A DNA stretch of 64,000 nt, from assembly GCF_018350175.1 (NCBI RefSeq), contig NC_058368.1:38690001-38754000 (forward strand), given 5' to 3'. The position numbers and the translations under genes are program-made. This DNA comes from Felis catus (lineage: Eukaryota). Below the pieces are notes generated by a model, which had not been told where the DNA came from, made no database searches, and was given only the letters and a program-made list of their open reading frames with translations. Shown one piece after another: positions 26,261 through 38,728 of this stretch. The number at the start of each line of letters is the position of its first letter. Position 1 is the stretch's first letter.

Positions 26261-27457
26261 TTCACTCATAATGATGAATATTTGTTTAATTTGTATAAAT
26301 AGGTCGGGGGGGTGGACTGTATTCAGAGCAATTTCTTTGCCTGAATGAGTATTTTATCTCACATAGCCAGTGCCATTTTTAATAGCTTCATAAAAATGTA
26401 ATTGTTAAAAAATAAAACGCTCTAAGTGTTGGTTTATTTGATCTAGTAACTGCAAACATCATCTTTTAGTTGTACACCACATTACCCTTTCAATACATAT
26501 ATATCCTATTTGAAATTGAATTTGCTATGGTAATTAAACATTAATTCTGAATTTTAAAATAAGTCATATAATAAAATTTGCCCACAGATTCTTTAAGATG
26601 ATTCTGCAAAACTGCTTTGCTTTTAATAAAATAAACAATTCATGAGAAAATATAACACATTATGGAACAATTTCACTCCACTTTTTCTGCCATACTTATA
26701 TTTACAACTATGTTATGATACAAAGAGAAGGGATTCACAAGAGGAGAATACTGGCAATATATTCTCTTCTATAGAAGGGATGTGCTAATGTGCTGTTTAA
26801 ATGCAGCATTAACATTCTATGAATTGGGACTCAGCCAATTACTTTCTGCCAGCCACAACAAAGAAAAAAGGCCAATACTGTTTTTCCCTTTGGAGCTTTG
26901 TTTTTATTTGCTCATTGCATGCAGGAGGTGAGAAAACATGCTTTTAAGTGCTTTGTTAGCTCATTAAGCATAGACTGTTATTGTAAATCAGTCAGAAACC
27001 CTTAAATATAAAATCCTTTGAGCCATAAATACATTATGCCCTTAGGAAATTTCTTTGTAGTATGGATACTTCTTTCTGTTTCCATTGATATTACAAAATG
27101 CTATTTTAATTTGAAAAAATATGGCGTTATTCACATTCCGACACGTTAGCAAGATTGAGCAAAAGTTTTTATAAAGAGCAAATAAGTCTGAATGCAGAAA
27201 TGCCTTCAATTGTAGCTAGTCTACTAAAATTTTATGCTAAGAAATTTACACCTCAGTATCTTCTGTTACAGAAATCCTTTATCATCCTACATAAGCTAAC
27301 ATGCAGTGTTTTCCCTCCAAAGATCATTCTTGATATTTTACACATTTTACATATAAATCTATTTTCTATGATTGAAATCTTACTATAAACCAGGCGTATC
27401 ATTAGGCACTGGAAGACATTTAAAAACATGTCACTATACTAAGAAACTAAGAACTCT

Positions 27458-28446
27458 TGGGAAATAAGTGATCAAAAGCTGGCCATTGGACTCTCTAAAC
27501 AATAGAAATTGATAAGAGTTTTGTTGATTGTTTCCTTTGCTGTGCAGAAGCTTTTTATCTTGATGATGTCCCAATAGTTCATTTTTGCTTTATTTCCCTT
27601 GCCTTTGGAGACATGTCTAGTAAGAAGTTACTGCGGTTGAGGTCACTCATATGTGGAGTTTAAGAAACACAGCAGATGAACATAGGGGAGGGGAAGGGAA
27701 GGAAAAATAAAATAAAAACAGGGAGGCAAACCATAAGAGACCCTTAAAGTGGAGAAACTGAGGGTTGCTGGAGGGGAGGTGGGTAGGGGAGGAGCTAAAT
27801 GAGTCATGGGCATTAAGGAAGGCACTTGTTAGGATGAGCCCTGGGTTCTTCCCCTGAAACCAGTACTAACTGTATGTTAACTAACTTTAATTTAAATAAA
27901 TAAATAAGTAAGTAAGTAAGTAAGTAAGAGGCCAGATGGGAGTTTCAGGCTAAGCTTTATTGGAGTTTATGTAGAAGCAAAGCAGCACCAAGGAAAGTCC
28001 TCACGCTGACACTTCCAGTAGAGGTCAGGGAGAGTTTGTTAAAGAAACTTAGGTGAGAAAAGGGTGATGTCTAAGCATGTAGAGGTGGAGATTTATTAGC
28101 ACTTGCACGCTTAATGATCATGTTTCTTCATGTGTCACATGTCTAGTATGTTAATCTCCACCTCGTGTGATTTTTGTATTCTAATGAGGGAAAAAGTCAG
28201 TGTAAGTTCAGCACTGGGACCAGCTTGACATATACTGGTTTGACTAGGTGTGCACCAGTCTTTGTAGTCCAGTCCCTCCTTTCAGTAAGCATCCTGCTTC
28301 TGCATTCCTGCAAGATATGCTAACTGAAGGGCATAGAGTTTTAGCTATCCTGGGAGATCTACTCAAGGGGCATAGGGTTTGAGGTATCAAGTTATGCAGA
28401 TTTGGTGAATAGGATTAAGGGGACCTGAGTCCTGTTCTTTCTCACA
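27458..28446 (-). mobile_element. ERV-type solo LTR interrupted by an L1 insertion
   Basis: Minus strand begins TGTGAGAAAG at 28446; minus-strand AATAAA at about 27956-27961; sequence rejoins across the taagag TSD of the L1; left boundary approximate. Confidence 0.6.
27519..27924 (+). mobile_element. short 5'-inverted L1 insertion
   Basis: 27519-27645 is antisense ORF2, 27643-27905 is sense 3'UTR; tail decayed to (TAAA)/(TAAG)n; TSD taagag at 27513-27518 and 27925-27930. Confidence 0.88.
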
Positions 28447-28608
28447 TTTATAGTGTTGTGACAGGAATATGTACCGAGTGCTTTGGGAAAACCCCTTGTC
28501 CATTCCTTGCCAATCTGTTCAATGATATAATATATGCAACTGCAGCAGTGGGTCTGTCAACATTGTGAACGCATTATACACATAACAGTGTTATTTTTTA
28601 GTTCCTAA

Positions 28609-29140
28609 AGTTGGCACAATTCTAAGAATACCCCTAATGCCCCACACTCTTGCACAAGCCTCTACTGAAGGCAGGACTTGCAACATTTTTCTATTCATAG
28701 GGTGTAGCAAAGTGGGTAGGGAGGGTGTCACTCCTGTGATGATATTCCATTATATGGTAAAAGGTTAAGAAATTTCTCAGATGTAATTAAGATCTCTAAT
28801 CCGTTGACTCTAAGCAAATCAAAAGGTAGTTTTTCTAGTTGAATCTGCCCTATAAAAGAGGATCTAGAGACTAGAGAAAGAGAAATTAGAGACTTTCTGT
28901 CACTTGCTGGCCTTGAAGAAACAAGTCACGATAAGTTCTATAGATGCAAGGAATTAAATTCTGGTAACATTCATGTGAGCTTTGAAGAGGATCTCAGAGA
29001 GGATCACATTCCTAGTAGACAACTTAATTGCTGCATTGTTAAACCCTGACTGCTCAGGGTCCCATTTAAGCTGTTCCTGAACTTCTGATCATGAAATAAT
29101 AAATGTATTATTTTGTTATATTTGTGGTAAAACTAACAGA
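28609..29140 (+). mobile_element. MaLR LTR (MLT1E/F-like)
   Basis: gtcactcctgtgatgatattccattatatggtaaaagg...cagatgtaattaagatctctaatc...gctggccttgaagaa...aataataaatgtattatttt. Confidence 0.75.
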
Positions 29141-30198
29141 CCCACTAAATATTTTTTTACCATATAAAGTAGATAAGGTTGAACAGTGAGAATTATGAAG
29201 GAAGAAAAATAAGGCACAGTTCCTGAGCAAATAAGATCATATATATATATATACATATGTATATATATATATAGTAATTGAATAAGTGGTTGAAATAACA
29301 AAAATGAATCAAAACATAAAATGACAAAAGTTATAAAATAATACAAATTAAGTGGTTTAGTCACTAGGAAGAGGAATAACTTGAGCATCTTGGGAAATCA
29401 GATGAGATATTAGTTTAAACTGTTACAGATTATTGATATAAGGAAAGTCTGTGCAGGAGAGAAGAAACTATTCTAGAATGTTTCAGTAAGTTGAGGAGAG
29501 GTCTACAGATGAGAAATCTTTACAAAAGTTCAGTTGGAGTCTAATTTGATCAATAGATGAAGTGATTCATACATGCAAGTCATAGAGGCTAATGTTGGAG
29601 AGGAGAAGGGGCTCAGATCTCTCAGGTTTTTAACTGGAAGGCTAACCAGTATAGGTTTTATTGAATAGATACGAAGAATATTAATATTGCCATTTTCCCA
29701 CATAGTTTACTCCAGCAGAGTATCCATTCTTTTTTCTCAGTAGTGTTTACCTTAAGAATTATTTCTCAATATTTTCCCTTTGATTTTCTGTATTCTTCTC
29801 ATTTGTCGAGGTCATGCTTCAAATGTGAGATGACTAAATGATCCCATGTTGATTCTTCTTCCTCTAAGTCCTTTACCCACTAATTTGACCCTGAAATATA
29901 TGCTCAACACATAAATTATTTCTTCTACCATGAAATGTCTTTACAATAGACATCCATACACCTACAACCTAAATTCTAACCTTCCATAGTACTTGTTTTA
30001 TCACATCTATTAATCTTTTTCCCCATTGTTCTTATACCCTTTCACCAGATTTCTCTGATACATTGCAAGTAAATTGCAGAAATTAAAATCTCATCCAGTA
30101 CTCATCCAATCTCATCCAGTACTTTGACATTCATGTCTTAGCTAAAGTTCAATAATTATTTGTAATGTTTTAAATGTAAAACTTACAAAGAAATGCAC

Positions 30199-30445
30199 TG
30201 TGAGGGTTAATTTTACGTATCAACCTGCCTAGGTCACAGTGCCCAGATATTTGGTCAAACACTAGTCTGGATGTTGTTATCCTGGTAATTTTTAGAAGAG
30301 ATCAACATGTAAATCAGTAGACTTTGAGTAAATAAGATTATCCTTCATACTGTGGCTGGGTCCCATCCAATCAGTTAGAAGCCTTAAGAGAAAGAGGATT
30401 GCCCTGTTCCCCAGAAGAAGGAATTCTGCCAGTAGACTGCCTTTT
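30199..30445 (+). mobile_element. ERVL LTR fragment (MLT2-like)
   Basis: tgtgagggttaattttacgtatcaacctg...cagatatttggtcaaacactagtctggatgttg...aatcagtagactttgagtaaa. Confidence 0.8.
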
Positions 30446-30993
30446 GATGATACATGTTAATTTCTGATCTTATTTCATTATTTCCTTCCTTCCACATATT
30501 TTGGGTTTTCTTCACTTTCCTTTAATTAGGCTTTTAAGGTGGAAGTGTACATCATTGAATTTATATTTTTAAAGTAATAACCATATAACCAAAAATATTC
30601 CTTCATGCCTTCAATTACCCGTGCACCATACATTTTCATGTTTATTTTCATTATCATTTAATTCAATTTTTTCCTAATTTTTCTCCTATACTCTTCTTAT
30701 GTATAGGGATTATATGGAAAATTATTTTCTGAATTTATCAAATATTTGGTATTTTACTAGCTATCTTCTTGGTATTGGTTTCTAATTTAATTCTGTTGTG
30801 GCTAGAGAAATATTGTATAATCATTCTACATTTGTTATTTTTGGACCAAGAAGATGATTAATCCATAATAAATATATCATGTACATTTGGAAAGATTGTG
30901 AATTATACAGTTGTTGGGTATAGTATTCCATATACTAATTTCATCATGGTGGGTTGATAATGTCCATCAGACAGTCTACATATTTGCTGTTTG

Positions 30994-31047
30994 TTTTTTT
31001 AAAAATTGTTTAATGTTTATTTTTGAGAGCGAGCACGAGCAGGGAGG

Positions 31048-31088
<41 letters not shown>

Positions 31089-31214
31089 TCCAAAGCAGGA
31101 TCCAGGCTCGGAGCTGTCAGCACAGAGCCCAACATGGGGCTTGAACTCTCAGACCCGAGATCATGACCTGAGCTGAAGTCGGATACTTAACCAACTGAGC
31201 CACCCAGGCGCCCC
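30994..31214 (-). mobile_element. Can-SINE
   Basis: Head cacccaggcgcccc, (GA)n tract, T-tail; TSD atttgctgttt on both sides. Confidence 0.95.
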
Positions 31215-31243
31215 CACATTTGCTGTTTTTTTGTGTATAGTTC

Positions 31244-31805
31244 ATTGGTTCTCAAAAGTGTGGTCCAGGTAGACCATCAAGAACTCTCAAAAGGTCCATT
31301 TAATAAGCAAGATGAAGCATTGGGTTTTAATTTAAAAATGTCACTAATATGGCTTCAGTTTTCATATTACAATGAACTTTAAAAGGTACTTTTAAAAGGT
31401 ACTTGCTGTGGCTTGATGTAGTGTCAAAAAAGAATATCTAGCATTACCTAAGATGGTTATTAAAAGACTTCTTCTGTATAAACATCATATATGTGTAAGG
31501 CCAGATGTTTTTCATATACAACTAACTAAACAACATAATTGCAACAGATGAATATAGATGCTGATGTAAGAACCTAGATTGTCTTTATTAAATTATGTGA
31601 TAAAGAAATTTAAAAAAATAAAGCAAACTTCTAAATTTTTGTTTTTGAAAATACAGTTATGTTATATTAATAATGCAGCATTACTTTACTATGTAATAAT
31701 TTATTATTTTAAAATAAAATAAATTATTTTTTATTCTCATTTGATAAAATGAGAATATGAGTAGCTATAACCTGATGAATAAATTTTTAAGAATGTTACC
31801 AGTTC
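31244..31805 (+). mobile_element. Charlie1-like hAT DNA transposon remnant
   Basis: TIR-like cattggttctcaaaagtgtggtcc; degraded hAT C-terminal coding sequence (gtagtgtcaaaaaagaatatc...ggttattaaaagacttctt...gcaacagatgaatatagatgctgat). Confidence 0.7.
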
Positions 31806-32679
31806 CATGGAAGGTGCGTACATATTTATGACTAATGAATTGACCCTTTTGTAATTACAAAATACTCCTCTTTATTCCTGTAATAATTTTTGCCTGGATG
31901 TCTATTTCATCTGGTATCAATGTAGCCAATTTGGCTCTATTGCTTACTATTTGAATGATACACCTTTCTTCATTTATTTGTTGTCTTTAATCTGTATCTT
32001 TATATTAAAATATATCTCATTTAAACAGTAAATTCTGTATGTGTGTGTGTGTATATATAAGCACAGATAAATATTTATATCATATGTTATAATTATTGTT
32101 TAGGGCATATTACATTTTACCATTTACTGTTTTGTGCCTATCCCTTGTTAATTTTTCTTCACTGCTCCTCATGTTCTGCTTGTCTTTTGGATTATTTGAA
32201 TATTATTTAGGATTAATTTTTTAAGTTATTGTTTCCCTTTTTAAAACTATCTTAGCTTTTCTCAAAGTCTTTAAAAATTAAAAATACTCTGATAATTCTA
32301 TTTTTATTGTATTGAATTTTTTGGATCCTTTGGGAAATTGTATATCATTATGATAATAAGTAATTCTACCTGTGAACGTGCCTCATCTGGGCCTTAATTC
32401 AGTTTTTCTTTTATGTCTTTCATCAAGTATTTACATTTTAAACATTAATATTTTCCAAGTATATTACTGGATTTTATCATAAATAATATATACTTTTTCT
32501 TAACCCTTTGGAATAGAATCATTTTGTTCCAGCTCATTTTTTAATGTTCTCTTCTCATGTAGAAGGATGGTTTTTGTTGTTTATGATGCAAATATTTATA
32601 ACTCCCTTTAGTTTGAATAGTTGGTGGAGTCTCTTGAATTTCAAATAGAGATGACTATGTTGTGTGAAGAATCGGACAG

Positions 32680-33061
32680 TGTATTAATTTGCTATGACTG
32701 GGACTGCCAAAACCACATACCACAGCCTGGATGGCTTGAATAACAGAGATCCGTTTTCTCCAAGTTCTAGGATTCAGAAATCAAGGTGTCGGCCGGGTTT
32801 TTTCCTGAGGCATTTTTTTCTTGATTTTATGGGCTTCTTCCTCCTGTTGTCTTCACATGGTTTTTACTCTGTACATGTCTTTGTCCACATTTCCTGCTCT
32901 TATTGTGCACCAGTCATAGTGACTAGGGCCCACCCTAATGGCTGGCTTACTTTTAAGAGTCTTTTTAAGAGGGAACTATCCCCAAATAGTCATCTTCTGA
33001 GATAGTAGCGGTTCAGACTTAAGCATATGACTTTCGGTGGAACACAATTCAGCCCATAACA
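32680..33061 (-). mobile_element. MaLR LTR (MLT1A/B-like)
   Basis: tgtattaatttgcta...ataccacagcctggatggcttgaataacagag...aacacaattcagcccataaca, TG...CA termini. Confidence 0.85.
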
Positions 33062-33210
33062 GATAATATTCATATTCAAGTCCTTTCCAGCCGTCTTTTG
33101 CTATGGTATGCTAGTCTATTATCGGGAGATTAGTTGCATATGACAGATTACACTATACTTATTTCAAGCAAAGAAGTATTTGTTAAAGGATATAGATATA
33201 TTTGGAAGGG

Positions 33211-33688
33211 ATCAGAAGAGGGGAAGTATCCGCTTCCTTTCTTCATTCTTGTGGCTGGTCTAATAATTGACACAAGACAGATTGACAGGAGAGAAAAATA
33301 ATTTCATATGTATGCTCTCATAGATACGGGACCCAAGAAGTGACTGAGGTTAGATGTCCATATACCTTTTAGACAATAAATTTGTGAAGAACTGAGAAGG
33401 AAAACTTAGGCTTAGGTACTGATTAGTGAAGAAACTAAGCAGAGTTTGTTTACATAGATTCTTAGCACTGTATCCTGTATCCCTGGGGAGAAGGATACAA
33501 GGATGTGACTCCACCTCCTGCTGCAGGGAGGGTACCTGTCACTTGAGATTTATTTCCTGCTTTCAGGGGGACAGAGAGGACGGTCAGAGTGTCCCACTTG
33601 AACCAGCTGCTTCTCAAGTAACTTTAATTCAAAATAATCAATATGCCACTTTAGCATATTTCAGGGCAGCCTGCCCTAAGCCCCATCA
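33211..33688 (-). mobile_element. ERV1 solo LTR (MER34-like), nested in an older MLT1 remnant (about 33110-33985)
   Basis: Minus strand starts tgatggggcttagggcaggctgccctgaaatatgctaaagtggcatattgattattttgaattaaag; homologous to the LTR at 18395-18910. Confidence 0.75.
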
Positions 33689-34807
33689 GAGGAAAGAGAA
33701 AAAATTAGGCTGACCTTTCAAAACCATTTTCACAATGATTCCTTAAGGACATGGCTGTCTTGGAATAATTAAAAATGATGGATTCGGGAAAAAGCCTCCT
33801 CAACTGCTAGATTCCTCAGAAATTCCTTTCTACCATGATTTTGGGTATCATTACTAACATTTGGCACCCTGCACGGATTTCCATGAAACTCATTTTAAAA
33901 TTAAGTTTCATGTATCTGTCCTGATTTGGCAAAACCTATATCACATGTGGGGCCGTAGCTGCAAAGAAGACAGAAATCATAATTTTTGCTTTCCAGCTTA
34001 GCATGATAGTAAACAAATGGTATTAAAATACTGTTATAATATTATAATATTAACAACATTATATATAGTTAAACAATATTCTAACAGTTCTACATGATAA
34101 TGTACACACAATTTCATGAAAGAAAATTACATATATTTTATTAATTTTATATGTGTTTTGTAAACACGCTATAGCTGATAACAGTTGTCTTCTCATGAAT
34201 GAGGTTGTCTCTTTTTTGTGTGTTTGATATATTTCTAAAATCTTATTTTCTTCTAGTTACAGTTTTAAAAAAATTCTATTATTTTTTCCTTCTTTCCTAA
34301 ATCTTTGGCTTAAAGTTTCTACATTGCCCCCTCCTTTTCCACATACTGATATCTTTATTTAAATTTTAATATTGGTTACTAAAATGTTTTTAAGTACTTT
34401 CATATATACTTATATAAAATTGCCTTTTAAAATCTAAACTGATTTGGCATTTTTACCCTCTGACATGACATAGAGGTTAGCCTATTATGATTCACAGTTG
34501 AACTTGCCATTGTGCACATGCACACACCCCCAGCACACACAGTGTTATTTTTTGTCAAGGATTTTATACTCTCTTTTTTAGGCAGAAAGAGATGGTCATT
34601 TGTGTTAACACTTTACTGACATGGAATATGCAGACAGAATATTTTGCATGTTTGATTTACCATGGATTGATGAAACTAATACCCAAAACAAGATACGTTG
34701 CTCCTAGCTCTCCAATGATCCTGCCTTTTCCCCCTTTCAGTGAGTACCCGTCCCAAGGAAAACTATTTATAATTATATTTAATAGTCAATATGTTAAATA
34801 TTTTGTT

Positions 34808-34980
34808 CTTCAGCTCAGGTCCTGATCTTGCAGTTCATGGGTTCGAGCCCCACGTTGGGCTCTGTGCTGACAGCTCGGAGCCTGGAGCCTGCTTCAGATT
34901 CTGTGTCTCCCTCTCTCTCTGCCCTTCCCCTACTCACACTCTGTCTATCAAAAATAAACATTAAAAAAAAAATAAAAACA
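34808..34980 (+). mobile_element. 5'-truncated Can-SINE
   Basis: Starts at cttcagctcaggtc, lacking roughly the first 36 nt including the A box; body and A-tail intact. Confidence 0.92.
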
Positions 34981-34987
34981 TACATTT

Positions 34988-35184
34988 GGGGCACCTGGGT
35001 AGCTCAGTCACTTAAGTGTCCAACTTCAGCTCATGTCATAACCTCACAGTTCGTGAGTTCAAGCCCCATGTCAGGCTCTGTGCTGACAGCTTGGAGCCTG
35101 GAGCCTGCTTCAGGTTCTGTGTCTCCCTCTCTCTCTGCCCCTCCACCGCCCCTCTCAAAAAATAAACTTAAAAAAAATTAAAAA
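34988..35184 (+). mobile_element. Can-SINE (tandem with the preceding copy)
   Basis: ggggcacctgggtagctcagtc head, shortened CT tract, A-tail. Confidence 0.95.
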
Positions 35185-36014
35185 GATTTTGTTAATATGT
35201 TTGCACAGTATTTTTGTTTTATTTTTTGTATCTTGTTTTTTGTGTTTTGGTTTTTTTTTCCATATGGGGTCATTTTTCTTCATGCAGAATTTCTCATAAA
35301 ATTTTCTCTGGTTATGTTTTGTAGGTAGTAACAATCCAGATTTTTATAAACATGAAAATGTCTATTCTTTCTACCTCGAATAAAAATAATTCTACAAATC
35401 TTAGTTGGCCCTAACACTCTGATGAAATTATGCATTTTTGTCTTTAATTGCCTTTTTTCTTCAAAAAATTATTTTATTGGTGGCTTTAATTTTATGTGAA
35501 ATGATTTTATATTAACATTAGTTCCATTTTGGCACTTACTTTGTTTTACAAGCTTGTCTTGTTTTGAGTGGGAATTTCTTTCTTTCATTTTGTAGTTTTC
35601 TTAGTCTAGGCCCCTGCTCACTCAGGTGCTATTAGATTACAAAATGGCAAATTGGATCTGTTGTGATAACGGGAAATCACAGATTTTTCTTTGAGCCAGT
35701 GGATATACTTTTCAGTTCCATTTAAGGGGATTTATTTTGTTCCCTCTACTTCCTCAATCCACACAGCTTTGTGCAGGCTTTCATACAACAATGGAAATGT
35801 CAGCAATCTGTATTTTTCATATTACTCATTCACAAATGAAAGGACCTAATTAACCTGGGACACATTTTCTTTTCTTATGGACACTTTTAGTCAAACTTTA
35901 ATCCACTACTCTTCTCTTGTACCCCAAACCCTGCAGGTACATCGTTTCAGCCCTACTGTGTATTGATTATACTCCTCTCCCACAGAGATACTTCTATAGG
36001 TTTTAAGAAATTAT

Positions 36015-36216
36015 GGAGCACCTGTGTGGCCCAGTCGGTTAAGTGTCTGACTCTTGATTTTGGCTCAGGTCATGTTCTCATGGTTTGTGCGTTCAAGCCC
36101 TGCATTTGGCTCTGCACTGACAGTGTGGAGCCTGCTTGGGATTCTCTTTCTGTCCCTCTCTCCCTCCCTCACTTGTGCTCTCTTGTGCTCTCTTTCTCAA
36201 AACAAATTTAAAAAAA
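36015..36216 (+). mobile_element. older Can-SINE subfamily
   Basis: ggagcacctgtgtggcccagtcggttaagtgtctgactcttgattttggctcagg (variant carrying the cttgattt insert). Confidence 0.93.
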
Positions 36217-36412
36217 TGTTTTAGCTCAGTTCTAGTTTCGTAAGGTTTAAAAATATATTTTATGTGTATTGTAGAGGTGAACGTAAATAAGAATATCATT
36301 GGCAGTGTTCTCTGAAAATCTTGATGAAATATTTGTACAACCACACAATATATAGTAGCTTTGTGATTAAAAAAAGTCATAACTTTTATATAAATGTGTT
36401 CTTTTATAATAG

Positions 36413-37062
36413 TTTTAACCTTAAAAATATATAACCGCTACTTTACCAGCAAAAATGGGTTTATTTGGGAATAATAGAGAATTGCAGTTTGGGACATGAA
36501 AGCTATGGAAAAACCATAGGCAAATTCAAGAAAGAAGGAGAGAAATGTTATTTTACAGAGGAGGAGGAGAAAGTTGAGGTGTTGTTTTGAAGAAAAATCC
36601 ACTAGAGAAAGTAAGAGTTCACAATGATGACAGTTTCTCATTAGCTGAGTTGCTTGTTGATTTCTTTTCTTTTCTTTTCATTAAATTTTTGTAATGTTTT
36701 TTAATTACTCTTGAGAGAGTGAGAGACAGAGTGTGAGTGGGGAAGGGGCAGAGAGAGAGGGAGACACAGAATCCAAAGCAGGCTCCAGGCTCTGAGCTGT
36801 CAGCACAGAGCCCTATGCGGGGCTCGACCTCACAGGCCATGAGATCAAAACCTGAGTTGGACACGTAACCAGCTGAGCCACCCAGGTGCCCCAGTTTTCC
36901 TGTTGGGACCTGAAATTGAGAGTTCTTACCTGTTTAGGATTCTTCTGTTGGGATTCCTAATTGATAATTCTTCCAGTAATCCACCTAAGTCTCCCTCTTC
37001 CAGCCTCCCCTTCTAGCCCTCCAAGTCCATTTTGTTGAAGCCTTCCTCTATTAATTTTCACA
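36413..37062 (-). mobile_element. ERV1-type solo LTR with a Can-SINE inserted
   Basis: Minus strand begins TGTGAAAATT and has AATAAA near its 3' end (tttatt at about 36460); flanked by a 4-bp TSD ATAG (36409-36412 and 37063-37066). Confidence 0.7.
36661..36892 (-). mobile_element. Can-SINE
   Basis: gagccacccaggtgcccc head, GA-rich tract, T-rich tail. Confidence 0.95.
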
Positions 37063-37279
37063 ATAGATATCTATATGCCATTAGCTTTCAAAGAAATGGT
37101 AAGGCATTCTATCAGGCTAAAGTTTTCTGTGCTTTGTATTACATAATACTTATGCATTTATTCTGTAGCCTATTATTTTGTTTTTCCTTATTTAAAAACC
37201 CTATTATTCTGGTATTGTTAATTTTTCTTTTTTTTAATTAAAAAAAAGGTATCTCTAAATCTAACGCTCTTGCTGCCTC

Positions 37280-37645
37280 TTTCTCCTCAAACTGCCATAA
37301 CAAAATACTATAGTCTGGGTGGCTTAAACAACAGAAATTTATTTCCTCACCATTCTGGAGGCAAAGATTAAGTTTCCAGCCAATTTAATTTCTGCTGAGA
37401 ATTCTCTTCTTGGCTTGCAGACCGCCACTTTGTCCTCACATGACTTTTTCTCTAAGAATGCAAAGAAAGAGAGATCTCTACCTATTCTTATAAGGCCATA
37501 GTCTTATGGGCTTCAACCTTATGACCTCATTCAATCTTAATTACTTCCTGAAGACCCTTTCTGCACCCTCTAATATGTAGTCATATTAAGAAATAGCACT
37601 TCAACATATGAATTTAGGAGAGGGGGTACAATTCAGTCCTTAACA
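37280..37645 (-). mobile_element. MaLR LTR (MLT1A-like)
   Basis: ctgccataacaaaatactatagtctgggtggcttaaacaacagaaatttattt...cttatgacctcattcaatcttaattac...acaattcagtccttaaca. Confidence 0.85.
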
Positions 37646-38398
37646 GTATATTACATACAATATATAATAGATTATACACAAGATGCTTTGCATTTAGGTC
37701 TGTATAGGAAAAGTAATCTCTTGAGGGATATAAGGACATGGTACTTATTCATTCATAGATCCTGTTAATGAGACCGTATAGGAAATTATATGAACTTGAC
37801 CATCATGTTCCTTATTATGGTTTAATTTCCCATTTTTAAAATTTAGCCACATATCATATTGGCTAAATGTTTCTGAAATCAATATTGGGTCTGCTTAACT
37901 TCTCCCAGACAACATTATATTTTTGGGCTTTCATTTTAATAGTGCTTGTGCTGCCATTATTAATTTTATCCATTTAATGATACTCTTGAGTTGATGATTT
38001 GACTCCAACAGTATTGTCAGAGTTGAAAAAATAGGTATTAAAATATAAATGTGCCACCTTGGTCAGAGTCAGTGTCACTTAGTCATGAACTGCTTAACTC
38101 TTTAAAAAATTGTTTTTTAGCATAGTTGGATTTATTAAAATGTTATCTAAGTGTAATCTTGTCTTCTAGTGAGAAGTATTTGATGTTTGTTAATTCTTTA
38201 AATAAGTGCTGTGGAATACACTTTGGAAATCTAAATGAATAACCATTACTAAAATTTACTTAGCGTTTGATTTGTTTTTGAAATACACTACCTATCATTT
38301 TTTAAAATTGCGTTTGATATAATTAAAGAAAATAACATAAATACATTTTAAATATTTTCTTATTTATTTTGGCTTAACAATTTAAAAATAATTTTGAG

Positions 38399-38611
38399 GG
38401 GCTCCTGGGTGGCTCAGTGGGTTAAGCGTCTGACTTCAGCTCAGGTCACAATCTCGCGGTCTGTGAGTTCGAGCCCCGTGTCGGACTCTGGATGGCTCAG
38501 AGCCTGGAGCCTGCTTCCGATTCTGTGTCTCCCTCTCTCTTTCCCCTCCCCGGTTCATGCTCTGTCTCCTCTGTCTCAAAAATAAATAAACATTAAAGAA
38601 AAAAATACAAA
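38399..38611 (+). mobile_element. Can-SINE
   Basis: Head ggctcctgggtggctcagtgggttaagcg; 16-bp TSD taaaaataattttgag / taaaaacaattttgag (38383-38398, 38612-38627). Confidence 0.96.
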
Positions 38612-38627
38612 TAAAAACAATTTTGAG

Positions 38628-38728
38628 TATAGTTGACACACAATGTTACATTAGTTTCAGGTAACATAGTGATTCAACACCTTGTATGTTGTACTATGCT
38701 CACCATAAATGTTGTTACCATCTGTCTC
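38628..38728 (-). mobile_element. carnivore L1 extreme 3' end fragment
   Basis: tatagttgacacacaatgttacattagtttcagg...gttaccatctgtc, homologous to 11440-11546. Confidence 0.75.

Larger units (their letters stand above)
30450..32040 (-). mobile_element. ancient L1 (L1M) ORF2 endonuclease-region fragment, interrupted by a SINE and Charlie1
   Basis: ttctaatttaattctgttgtggctagagaa and atgaattgacccttttgtaattacaaaatactcctctttatt...aatgtagccaatttggct are antisense L1 EN motifs. Confidence 0.55.

Noticed and set aside
18395..33688. Two same-orientation MER34-like LTRs as the ends of one provirus
   Set aside because: They are 14 kb apart, visibly diverged from each other, and the interval has no gag/pol/env remnant; two solo LTRs is the simpler reading.
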